Shown: in pieces, positions 9,155 through 16,666 of the stretch
Layout of the letters: the number at the start of each line of letters is the position of its first letter
Position numbering within the stretch: position 1 is the first letter of the stretch
Source of the DNA: Microcoleaceae cyanobacterium
Lineage (GTDB): Bacteria > Cyanobacteriota > Cyanobacteriia > Cyanobacteriales > Microcoleaceae
Length of the DNA stretch: 37,197 bases
NCBI GenBank assembly: GCA_051652765.1
Contig: JBOFUV010000032.1
Location: 1 to 37,197, forward strand
Reading direction: 5' to 3'
The notes under the pieces: model-generated
Told to the model about the DNA's origin: nothing
What the model saw: only the letters and a program-made list of their open reading frames with translations
Databases searched by the model: none
Made by a program: the position numbers and the translations under genes

Positions 9155-10033
9155 TTATTTGAGATGTTTATTAACATTAATTCGCCTGACCATTCCCATT
9201 CCCATCGGGGTTTTCCGCCCAACCCCTGCATATAATGCAAAGTCTGTCAAGGCGTTAATCTGTTGAATAATCACCGGTTCTACTTCTCCTAAAATCTGAA
9301 ACGTAATGTCTCCCAGACACCCAATCAACTTACTACGACTATCCGTTACCATCTCTGTCCGAATATTAAAAAAACTGGGATAAATTGACTCTAAAATTGC
9401 TTCAGAAAATACCCTGTCACTGTATTGATTCCAGCGCCGCAACAAACTCTTGAACACCAATTCTTTAGTGGGCAAAGCACAATCATATTTTGTCAATCGA
9501 AACGTAGTTGGTGTGCAAAATTTTAACTGCAATTGCCGTTCCGTATCTGAAGCCTGTTCAATAATTTGGTCATAGGAAATAAACCCTGCCCAGGGTTGAC
9601 TGGGTTGGGGATTCCCGAAAACACTGGTGACTTGCAATTCTGCACCCCCCAGATGCCAAGGTTGATTGGGATTAAGGCTCAACCACAGATGCATCAACTG
9701 ACTAAACAATCTTTCATCCAATAATGAAACCCGCCACCAACAGGGAGTTCCCGCCGGAATCGGGCGATCCTGCTGGAACTGTAGAACGGAAGCATTCGAG
9801 TTCAGGGAACGCGAATCAGAGCTATTTCGCAAACTCAAATTTCCATTTCTAGCAACTTGCAATGGACTCAAGGTAAATGCCTTATCTACAGATTGCTGAT
9901 GTAAAGTAGCTGACAGATTGGAATCAACAGATTCCACCAGTTCCAAAAACAAGGCGTGAAGATGACGACCACTCAGATGAGCTTTTGAAATGGGCGATCG
10001 CGGTAATAAATTCAGAACCAAACTATAGGGCAT
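9155..10033 (-). CDS. cas6: CRISPR-associated endoribonuclease Cas6
   Basis: GRHLHALF, FTLSPL, FCTPTTF and the C-terminal Gly-rich loop GVGRKTPMGMG. Confidence 0.95.
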   Translation of the reverse strand: MPYSLVLNLLPRSPISKAHLSGRHLHALFLELVESVDSNLSATLHQQSVDKAFTLSPLQVARNGNLSLRNSSDSRSLNSNASVLQFQQDRPIPAGTPCWWRVSLLDERLFSQLMHLWLSLNPNQPWHLGGAELQVTSVFGNPQPSQPWAGFISYDQIIEQASDTERQLQLKFCTPTTFRLTKYDCALPTKELVFKSLLRRWNQYSDRVFSEAILESIYPSFFNIRTEMVTDSRSKLIGCLGDITFQILGEVEPVIIQQINALTDFALYAGVGRKTPMGMGMVRRINVNKHLK

Positions 10034-10072
10034 AATTCAGGCTAATTTAAGTGAATTGACTAGACTAATTGA

Positions 10073-10678
10073 CTAGGCTAACTTTGCTCGAACCGTCGCT
10101 CTCGATTCAATCGTTAGTTCAGGAATCTCTTGCAACTCCTCCTCGCTCAAACAATATTGTTCACAGACCAAACTCAATCGCCTTCCCGGTGTTCTAACCT
10201 CATTCACGGCATGGGTGAGATCCCCCTGAAAAGATACTAATAAATTCGTCTGGGGTTTGATCTGCCCCACCTGTTGACGATGATTTCGTAACACTAATTC
10301 TCCCCCCTCCATCCCTTCAGGCACCTCTACATACAAGACACTCACCCGCAAAGGCGGTTCAATCGTCTTACAATAGGAACGTAGGGAGCGATCAATATGC
10401 GGATCAACCCGCGATCCAGCTTGTAGAATTAAGGGGTTCAAATAAAACGCATTACAAGACGGTTCCAATGCACGCTCTAGATAGGGTTGAAAAAACGGGA
10501 ATTGCTGTTCAACCTGGGAAAGGTGCGATCGCTGAAACACGATAGAAAATCCCTTAGTTCCAATAAAATCCCGGTTAAGGTTATTAGTGGCCAGATAAGG
10601 ACAGGCCAGGATTTTTTCGCGCAATTTGCTCAGATAGCGTTCAGAAAAAGCAGTTGGATAACGTTGAAAATAACTCAC
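10073..10678 (-). CDS. 2OG-Fe(II) oxygenase embedded in the cas operon
   Basis: HxD (PHIDRS), GGEL, distal His (LTHAV) and RxS (RLSLV) of the double-stranded beta-helix dioxygenase fold. Confidence 0.85.
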   Translation of the reverse strand: MSYFQRYPTAFSERYLSKLREKILACPYLATNNLNRDFIGTKGFSIVFQRSHLSQVEQQFPFFQPYLERALEPSCNAFYLNPLILQAGSRVDPHIDRSLRSYCKTIEPPLRVSVLYVEVPEGMEGGELVLRNHRQQVGQIKPQTNLLVSFQGDLTHAVNEVRTPGRRLSLVCEQYCLSEEELQEIPELTIESRATVRAKLA

Positions 10679-10831
10679 AGATAGTAACTCACAATTGACT
10701 TGACTTGTTTATTCCTATTTATTCGATTAATACCTGCACTAAAATCGCATTAAAGGATCTAAATCATCCAGAACTGGGTAGCGACTCAAGCCTTGTTCAA
10801 TTTGTTCAGGGTTCAGTATGGATGTCATGAT

Positions 10832-11539
10832 TTAGTCTCCAAAACAATACTGCATTTGAACCGGAATCTTGAGACCATTCGAATTTTCAACCATATAAGA
10901 TTCTCCTCGCATTTTTACGTTCCGAATCAAACTAACAGGTGGCATATTGATAGTGTCGTAGCTTAAGACCTGATTAGTAAACATGACATCTAGTGGATTG
11001 AGCGGATGAGTACAATCAAACATTGTCTCCGAATTACGCTTGAACTTTACGGGTTGAAAGTCCAACTTTGCTTTACTTGCCCATTTGCCGATCCGTACCC
11101 ACCTAGGTAATTTCAGCTCTCTCTCTGAAATTACAAAGAATTCAAACTGGCTCTCTGGTGCAATTTCCTTAGTTCTGCCAAAGCTTGGAATATTTTGAGC
11201 CATTTTTTCCATCTCAACGTGGTAGTTGTTATTTGCATATTTCCAGGTATTGAGAACTGTTGCGTGATTGAGTGCTTGTGCAGGAGTGACATAGATTTTC
11301 TGCTGATTTAATGGAGTTAAGTGCTCCTTATATCTAGGAATCTGTTCAGCACAAAAATAGCGGTAGGAATACTCATCAGCAACAGTAGTATTAAATCTTG
11401 GATTGTCTACAAGACCTAACACATAGGAAAGAGCATAGTTGTGGAGGATTGGTTCAGTCTCATACAGCCGTCCAATTTCACGGGTAGCAAAATAAAGGCT
11501 GTCATGAAGTTCTAGAATACATCGGTAAATAATTGTCAT
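10832..11539 (-). CDS. cas5: Type I-D Cas5 (Csc1)
   Basis: YFATREIGRLYETEPILHNYAL and PRWVRIGKW; position after csc2. Confidence 0.9.
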   Translation of the reverse strand: MTIIYRCILELHDSLYFATREIGRLYETEPILHNYALSYVLGLVDNPRFNTTVADEYSYRYFCAEQIPRYKEHLTPLNQQKIYVTPAQALNHATVLNTWKYANNNYHVEMEKMAQNIPSFGRTKEIAPESQFEFFVISERELKLPRWVRIGKWASKAKLDFQPVKFKRNSETMFDCTHPLNPLDVMFTNQVLSYDTINMPPVSLIRNVKMRGESYMVENSNGLKIPVQMQYCFGD

Positions 11540-11544
11540 CAGTT

Positions 11545-12579
11545 TTACTCTGCTGAAGCTGCAGTGGCTTTTTTTCCTCTCTTCTTTCCCTTATCTGTGG
11601 TCGAGAAAATGTATTTCTGAGCATACGCCTCTGATTCTTTATTTGCTTGAATGAGCATTTCTTTTAGTTGCGTTTCATTACTAGTAATCGCTTTCACTTC
11701 TGCCAGTAAAGATTGAAGTGAATCGTCCATAAAATCAGTATGAGGAATGCACTCTTCGTTCATCAATTCCGCGATCGCCTCTTCTGCTGCAATTCGGACA
11801 TGATCTTCATTTAGAGGATCAGGGGCTTGGATTTGATTTCTCTCCATCATCAAGTCATAAATTTTCTGTGTCCATCTGAGATTACTCACGATCTCGCCAT
11901 CAGCAAAAACTACTCCAATTAATTCATTACGAACGCGACCTGTACGAGTGGTTTGTGCTCCGTAGTGGCGAGTTCTCAAGATATTGTTGAACACGTAGAG
12001 GAAGCCTGCTTCTGTTGGATCTTTCAGTGTGACAATACTGGGAAAGAAAACCTGTGGCAAGATATGGTCTTGGCTATTAATACGACTTGTGACCTCTCCT
12101 TGGCGGCTCATTGTTCCGTTTTCAAAGGGAGCATTTAAGGTGAAGTTGAGATGAGAATCATCAAAGGGGGTAATAGAGTAAGCAGTGTCAACTACAACTT
12201 TTGATTTTTCAGAACCAGCATCTCCGATCGCAAATCCATACAAAATGCAATCAGGTGTTGTTTTGCTGAAGTCTACGTTGTAGTCACACTTTTCCCAGTC
12301 GCCAATCTGATAGTTACGGAGTAGTTCTCGTCCTGTTAACCGCTCAGGAGTTGACTGCTTGCGCTTGAACAGTGCTAGGCGGCTGATGATTTTTCGGCTT
12401 TCTGCATTGTCTTTCTGCATCCCTGCGTGAACTCGCGCTCGATTAAGTTCACTATCGGTCTGAAAGAGCGGGTAGGATTCTGTCACTCGGATTGTTACAA
12501 AATGAACATACTTGCCCATTGGTTTGGCAGGAATTTCAGTGTGAAAATGCTTGGCATCGACGGTTTTTAGAAAAGTCAT
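11545..12579 (-). CDS. cas7: Type I-D Cas7 (Csc2)
   Basis: FKRKQSTPERLTGRELLR, DCILYGFAIGD and YGAQTTRTGRVRN. Confidence 0.92.
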   Translation of the reverse strand: MTFLKTVDAKHFHTEIPAKPMGKYVHFVTIRVTESYPLFQTDSELNRARVHAGMQKDNAESRKIISRLALFKRKQSTPERLTGRELLRNYQIGDWEKCDYNVDFSKTTPDCILYGFAIGDAGSEKSKVVVDTAYSITPFDDSHLNFTLNAPFENGTMSRQGEVTSRINSQDHILPQVFFPSIVTLKDPTEAGFLYVFNNILRTRHYGAQTTRTGRVRNELIGVVFADGEIVSNLRWTQKIYDLMMERNQIQAPDPLNEDHVRIAAEEAIAELMNEECIPHTDFMDDSLQSLLAEVKAITSNETQLKEMLIQANKESEAYAQKYIFSTTDKGKKRGKKATAASAE

Positions 12580-12613
12580 GGTGATTCCTTAGGTATGAAT
12601 AAGTTGGATGGAA

Positions 12614-13108
12614 TTAAGCGATCGCTTCGATTTCTTCGGACAGTTCTTCTGGTTCAGGTTGCTGAACTACTTTGCGATCGCGATCGTCCTCTAAGCGGTA
12701 CAGATAATCGCAGGTGTCTCGAATGAGATTAAGTTGAATACCAGCGAGACGAGCGCGATCGCTCTTAAAGGCTCCCTCAAAAATCTCTTTGATAAAGAAC
12801 GTGGCAAAGTCATAAACAGCTTGTCGTTCTTGTTCTGAAGTCAAGGCAGGTTTCCACTTGCCATCTACAAAAATCAGGGTGGGTTTACCTTCTGCGGTTC
12901 TGCGACGAACATTCACCATGAGCTTAGCCAGTCTGGCAGCAACAACGTCTATGAGCGACTCTACATCATTGACTAATGCTTTATCGATTTTCAGAATTAC
13001 GTCTGCTGCTTCGTCAATTGGTTTAAGTACCGCATTGGGCTTGGCATACTGACTCTTTGCTCGATAGAATTTCCGATAGCGTTGAGTGAGTTCACGAAGT
13101 TGATTCAT
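12614..13108 (-). CDS. cas11d: Cas11d small subunit from an internal in-frame start in cas10d (164 aa)
   Basis: Minus strand GAAGGAAAAGACATG gives an RBS and in-frame ATG (MNQLRELTQRYRKFY); internal Cas11d translation is established for I-D. Confidence 0.75.
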   Translation of the reverse strand: MNQLRELTQRYRKFYRAKSQYAKPNAVLKPIDEAADVILKIDKALVNDVESLIDVVAARLAKLMVNVRRRTAEGKPTLIFVDGKWKPALTSEQERQAVYDFATFFIKEIFEGAFKSDRARLAGIQLNLIRDTCDYLYRLEDDRDRKVVQQPEPEELSEEIEAIA

Positions 13109-15931
13109 GTCTTTTCCTTCTGAGTCGAAACAATAGTAGAAATCCATGTAAAGCTTGATCTTGGAAATCGGAGGCGAATCCCAATCCAGCTTACGAACTA
13201 ATTTGGTGAGATAGTGAAACACATACAAAGGGCTGGTTTCTAAGTCCCGCGCCAATGCTGCAAGCTTTCCCCAGTCAGGATCGCCATCTTTTTTGCGGTT
13301 TACCTCCAAATGAATACAGTAAGCCGCGCTTAGTGCATTCAGTGGGGAAAATTGATGAGTCGGCACGATCGCATCTAGCCGGGTTCCATCTTTTTCCTGC
13401 TTAGTTAGTGATGCGATCGCTTGATGTACTCCATCTAAAATCGTAGTTTTCTCAAATTCTGCACCACTGATGAACGGTGGTACCGGGGATTCTGAGGTAA
13501 CGATTTTTACATCTAGTACAAGCGGCAACGCCAATGCTAACCAGGCAGGCATCACCCAAGATTCAGTGTCTGTTGCATCTCGTCCTGGCGGAATTGCCAT
13601 AAAGAAGAACGTCATTGGTTGCTTAGTGGGATAGCTTAATTTGAAAGTTTGATCGCGCTCAGCCGCTTCCTGAATCAACAGAGAATCAACCTTCTGATAG
13701 TTCTCAATCGTGAATTTTGCTTCATTCTGATCTGTGACGAGATGCTTGCGAATGTCAGAATCAAAACGAGTTCGTCGAATATAACCGTATGCTTTTTGAA
13801 GAAAGTTATTCGTCTCAGGTGTGAAGAAGTAAGCAGGATACAAGTAGAGATAGCGGTATTTACGTCCTTCAAAGTCTCCTCCAGTTGCATTGGTTTGGTT
13901 CATCAAAATCTGCCTCAGCATGATTTCAACTGACCAGATCGAACAGATTTGCCGCTTTGCTGCCTGTACATTAAATAGGATTTGCCGATTGCTGTAGACT
14001 TGCGGTGCAAATAGCGTTGCTGATTCCATTTGCTCGGTCACAGTATAAGCAGAACTGGACATTGCACAAACATTTTCTCGCCCTCGTCCTGTGGTAATCT
14101 TGGCAGCTTGATAGCGCTTGAGTTCTATCAAGAATGGATCGGTTTCAGGCGATATCACGGCTCCGGTCGGCAAAGTCACAATTCGACTTACATAGGTTCG
14201 CACGTCGTCCCATCCATCTGGTAGTGTAACTTCTTCAATCAAAGGGTTAATCAAGCTAACCGCAACTGTGACCATATCCTCCATGACTTCACGAAGTTGA
14301 GCATCATCTAGTCCAGAATTTTTCTGATTGTGTTGTGCTGCCAAGTAGTACCAATCGAGCGGCACACCTCCTGTATTCTTAAGAGATTGCACGGCTCTCA
14401 AGCCAGGAATTGCATCAGATAAACCTAAATGTTCTGCTAGTTTTTGAGTCAAATCGAATTCAGGCAGGGTTTTACGGCTCGCTTTGGGTTGCTTTTTTTG
14501 ACAATCATTGAAGCGATCACGCCATTCCTGCCAAATTTTCCGGCATAATACATCCCCAAATTCTGCTAAACGATCAATGCGATAGTCATCTCCAAAAGCA
14601 ACATTTAAAGATGCAGGAATGTCTCCATTAGTCTGAGCAGCAACTAAACTTGCACTGCGTTTTGCACCCGATGAAGTTTTAGCAGAATGAAGGATTCGAC
14701 AGGCTGCACTCACGGCAACTTTCATCAGAGATTCAATATCAAAATAAAGCCGATAGTAGTCGGCAAACTTAATTCCTTTGCCATCTCGACTAAATCCAGT
14801 TTGAGTTTCTTTAAGTTTATCGGCACAGAGATGTTTAATCTTATCAACGACTTTGCTGGGAATCAGAGTTGCATCAATTGGAGGGGCATCAGCTTTAGCC
14901 AAATAGACCACACCATCTGGTAGATACAACAGCGGTAGATAAAATTCTTTAGGATGCAGTTCCATCACCGCATTGTTTACAACATTTGTTAAAACGCCGC
15001 GATTATCAGAGAGAGAATGATAACTAAACTTGAATTGGTCTTGACTTAAATTCTGCAAGATAAACGGTAAACTGCCTGCAGACATGGCATCACGAGGATG
15101 TTTGATCACAGACGCAAAGCGATCGGACAATTTCACAAGATTGACAAGAACATTGCGAATTCTGCTGTCTAATCGATCGTCATCTAGCGGCTTCAGTCCA
15201 CGAGTAATTAATCCCAAGTCTGCATCATTCTTGTCGCCTGCATTGCTGCTGATCCAAATGATGTCGTCAATGTAATCTTGCCATTGGTTGCCGAGAAAGC
15301 GATCGAGGTTGAAGTCTAGAATCTTCTGTCTGATATAGTCTCGCCCAAGATTAGGGGCATCGCGTTTATCGGGAGAATCTTTTATCCAATCGCGATCGCA
15401 CAATATTCCACTGATATCATTGGCGCGTAACCAAGTTTTGTAATCCGGGAATTTTTCGTAGTCATGCAAGAGATAGGAAGTGATGTATACTCGACATTGC
15501 AAGTCATTACAATAAGATTTGACTTGATTCTTTTGGATATCTTTCTGTTTTAGGTATCTAAGAATGCGATAGGTTGGAAAAAAGCCATTGAGTAAATGCG
15601 AGAGAAGTGACTGATCACCTGCACTACGCCGACTCAGCTGAGACTTTTTATCCTTTTGGCGTTGCTCAGCAACTCTTGCTTCAATGCGCTCAAAGAATAA
15701 GCCGCCTTTAGCCGTTGCACCTGCAAGCTGCCACATCAAGTTTGGCAAAACAAACTCTGCAAAATCGCTCAGAATTTTATCTTCTGCATTCCCTGGGGAT
15801 TCTTGGATTGCTTGCTTGAATAGCTTAAGTGTCAGTAGTTCTGGGACTTCTGACTGTTCATCATCCTCCCTATCAGCATCAAGGTCTAGTGGCTGATCAT
15901 CCAGTAATAACTCTAACTGTTCATCATTCAT
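12614..15931 (-). CDS. cas10d: Type I-D large subunit Cas10d (Csc3) with N-terminal HD nuclease
   Basis: DQSLLSHLLNG and LHDYEK (HD), DNRGVLTN, LYLPDGVVYL. ATG at 15931 has a GGAG RBS and an ATGA overlap with the upstream stop, so it is preferred over the TTG at 15946. Confidence 0.93.
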   Translation of the reverse strand: MNDEQLELLLDDQPLDLDADREDDEQSEVPELLTLKLFKQAIQESPGNAEDKILSDFAEFVLPNLMWQLAGATAKGGLFFERIEARVAEQRQKDKKSQLSRRSAGDQSLLSHLLNGFFPTYRILRYLKQKDIQKNQVKSYCNDLQCRVYITSYLLHDYEKFPDYKTWLRANDISGILCDRDWIKDSPDKRDAPNLGRDYIRQKILDFNLDRFLGNQWQDYIDDIIWISSNAGDKNDADLGLITRGLKPLDDDRLDSRIRNVLVNLVKLSDRFASVIKHPRDAMSAGSLPFILQNLSQDQFKFSYHSLSDNRGVLTNVVNNAVMELHPKEFYLPLLYLPDGVVYLAKADAPPIDATLIPSKVVDKIKHLCADKLKETQTGFSRDGKGIKFADYYRLYFDIESLMKVAVSAACRILHSAKTSSGAKRSASLVAAQTNGDIPASLNVAFGDDYRIDRLAEFGDVLCRKIWQEWRDRFNDCQKKQPKASRKTLPEFDLTQKLAEHLGLSDAIPGLRAVQSLKNTGGVPLDWYYLAAQHNQKNSGLDDAQLREVMEDMVTVAVSLINPLIEEVTLPDGWDDVRTYVSRIVTLPTGAVISPETDPFLIELKRYQAAKITTGRGRENVCAMSSSAYTVTEQMESATLFAPQVYSNRQILFNVQAAKRQICSIWSVEIMLRQILMNQTNATGGDFEGRKYRYLYLYPAYFFTPETNNFLQKAYGYIRRTRFDSDIRKHLVTDQNEAKFTIENYQKVDSLLIQEAAERDQTFKLSYPTKQPMTFFFMAIPPGRDATDTESWVMPAWLALALPLVLDVKIVTSESPVPPFISGAEFEKTTILDGVHQAIASLTKQEKDGTRLDAIVPTHQFSPLNALSAAYCIHLEVNRKKDGDPDWGKLAALARDLETSPLYVFHYLTKLVRKLDWDSPPISKIKLYMDFYYCFDSEGKDMNQLRELTQRYRKFYRAKSQYAKPNAVLKPIDEAADVILKIDKALVNDVESLIDVVAARLAKLMVNVRRRTAEGKPTLIFVDGKWKPALTSEQERQAVYDFATFFIKEIFEGAFKSDRARLAGIQLNLIRDTCDYLYRLEDDRDRKVVQQPEPEELSEEIEAIA

Positions 15932-16428
15932 AAAGCACTTCTCCAAATTTTTCGTAACTCATCCAGGCAGATCCATTGCCCATCTCGTTTGATCTCGATG
16001 TACTCCCAACCGTTAACAGGACTACCGTTAACTTTCGCTGCTAGGGGACTTGACTTGTCAAATTCCTCGCCGTCGTAAATTATGGTTCCTTTTGGAGAAA
16101 TTTGAATTCCTGAAGTGACATAGCTATAACCAAGATGGTTGGCATTGTCTCGCTTCAATCGAACTCGCACTTGAGTACTTTTTGTAAGCAACCCCTTGTC
16201 GAAAAGCTGCGACATCCTCACATGGGAGTGATTGCCTGAATTTTCAGAATCAATCTGTTCGATTTTAGAACTTTGAATAAACTCAGAATCATTTGGCATA
16301 GGTGGATTAATCTCAAGAGTAGGTCGTTGAATAATTCTGGATTGCGGGGCTTGAAGCCATTTCAACAGTTCGTTGCATAATGCAGTTGGCATTTTCTGTA
16401 AGTCTTGATCGGTCAATTGAATAATCAT
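15928..16428 (-). CDS. RAMA-like (restriction enzyme adenine methylase associated) domain protein, 166 aa, first gene of the Cascade operon
   Basis: C-terminal GTIIYDGEEFDKSSPLAAKVNGSPVNGWEYIEIKRDGQWICLDELR resembles the RAMA pattern; GAGGGG RBS precedes the ATG at 16428; stop overlaps the cas10d ATG. Confidence 0.65.
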   Translation of the reverse strand: MIIQLTDQDLQKMPTALCNELLKWLQAPQSRIIQRPTLEINPPMPNDSEFIQSSKIEQIDSENSGNHSHVRMSQLFDKGLLTKSTQVRVRLKRDNANHLGYSYVTSGIQISPKGTIIYDGEEFDKSSPLAAKVNGSPVNGWEYIEIKRDGQWICLDELRKIWRSAL

Positions 16429-16455
16429 GGGAATCCCCTCTAAAGAGTTTCCACT

Positions 16456-16484
16456 ATTCTGGCAGATTTTTTTAATTTTTGCAA
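16456..16484 (-). promoter_or_regulatory. Predicted sigma70-type promoter of the RAMA-cas10d operon
   Basis: Minus strand TTGCAA-N17-CAGAAT with an extended -10 TG. Confidence 0.55.
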
Positions 16485-16486
16485 TG

Positions 16487-16531
16487 GTTGTCATTAGCAT
16501 ATGAGTAAGCAGTTGTCATGAGCATACGAAT
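16487..16531 (+). promoter_or_regulatory. Two tandem PAM plus protospacer-like sites for the solitary-repeat guide
   Basis: GTT(16487-89)+GTCATTAGCATATGAGT and GTT(16512-14)+GTCATGAGCATACGAAT compared with guide GTCATGAGCATCTGAGT. Confidence 0.75.
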
Positions 16532-16560
16532 AGACCAAAGTGCAAAAATCGTGTTATTCT
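16531..16560 (+). promoter_or_regulatory. Predicted promoter of the CRISPR-like RNA
   Basis: TAGACC-N18-TATTCT with an extended -10 TG; start site expected near 16567. Confidence 0.45.
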
Positions 16561-16566
16561 TCTGTC

Positions 16567-16660
16567 AAGGAGAAAGAACAAAGTTCTACTGTCTAAATCC
16601 CGTATTCGGGACTGAAATGTCATGAGCATCTGAGTTTACTGCTCATTTCCTTTCTCCTCA
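16567..16660 (+). ncRNA. CRISPR-like regulatory RNA (CreR/CreA-like): single I-D repeat (16582-16618) plus self-promoter-targeting guide starting at 16619
   Basis: Repeat AGTTCTACTGTCTAAATCCCGTATTCGGGACTGAAAT with an intact TCCCG-TATT-CGGGA stem and 8-nt handle ACTGAAAT; the guide matches two PAM-flanked sites upstream. Confidence 0.75.
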
Positions 16661-16666
16661 AGCTTT

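Noticed and set aside
16429..16500. N-terminal extension of the RAMA-like ORF given in the ORF track
   Set aside because: It covers the predicted promoter and target site 1; the ATG at 16428 has a clear RBS.
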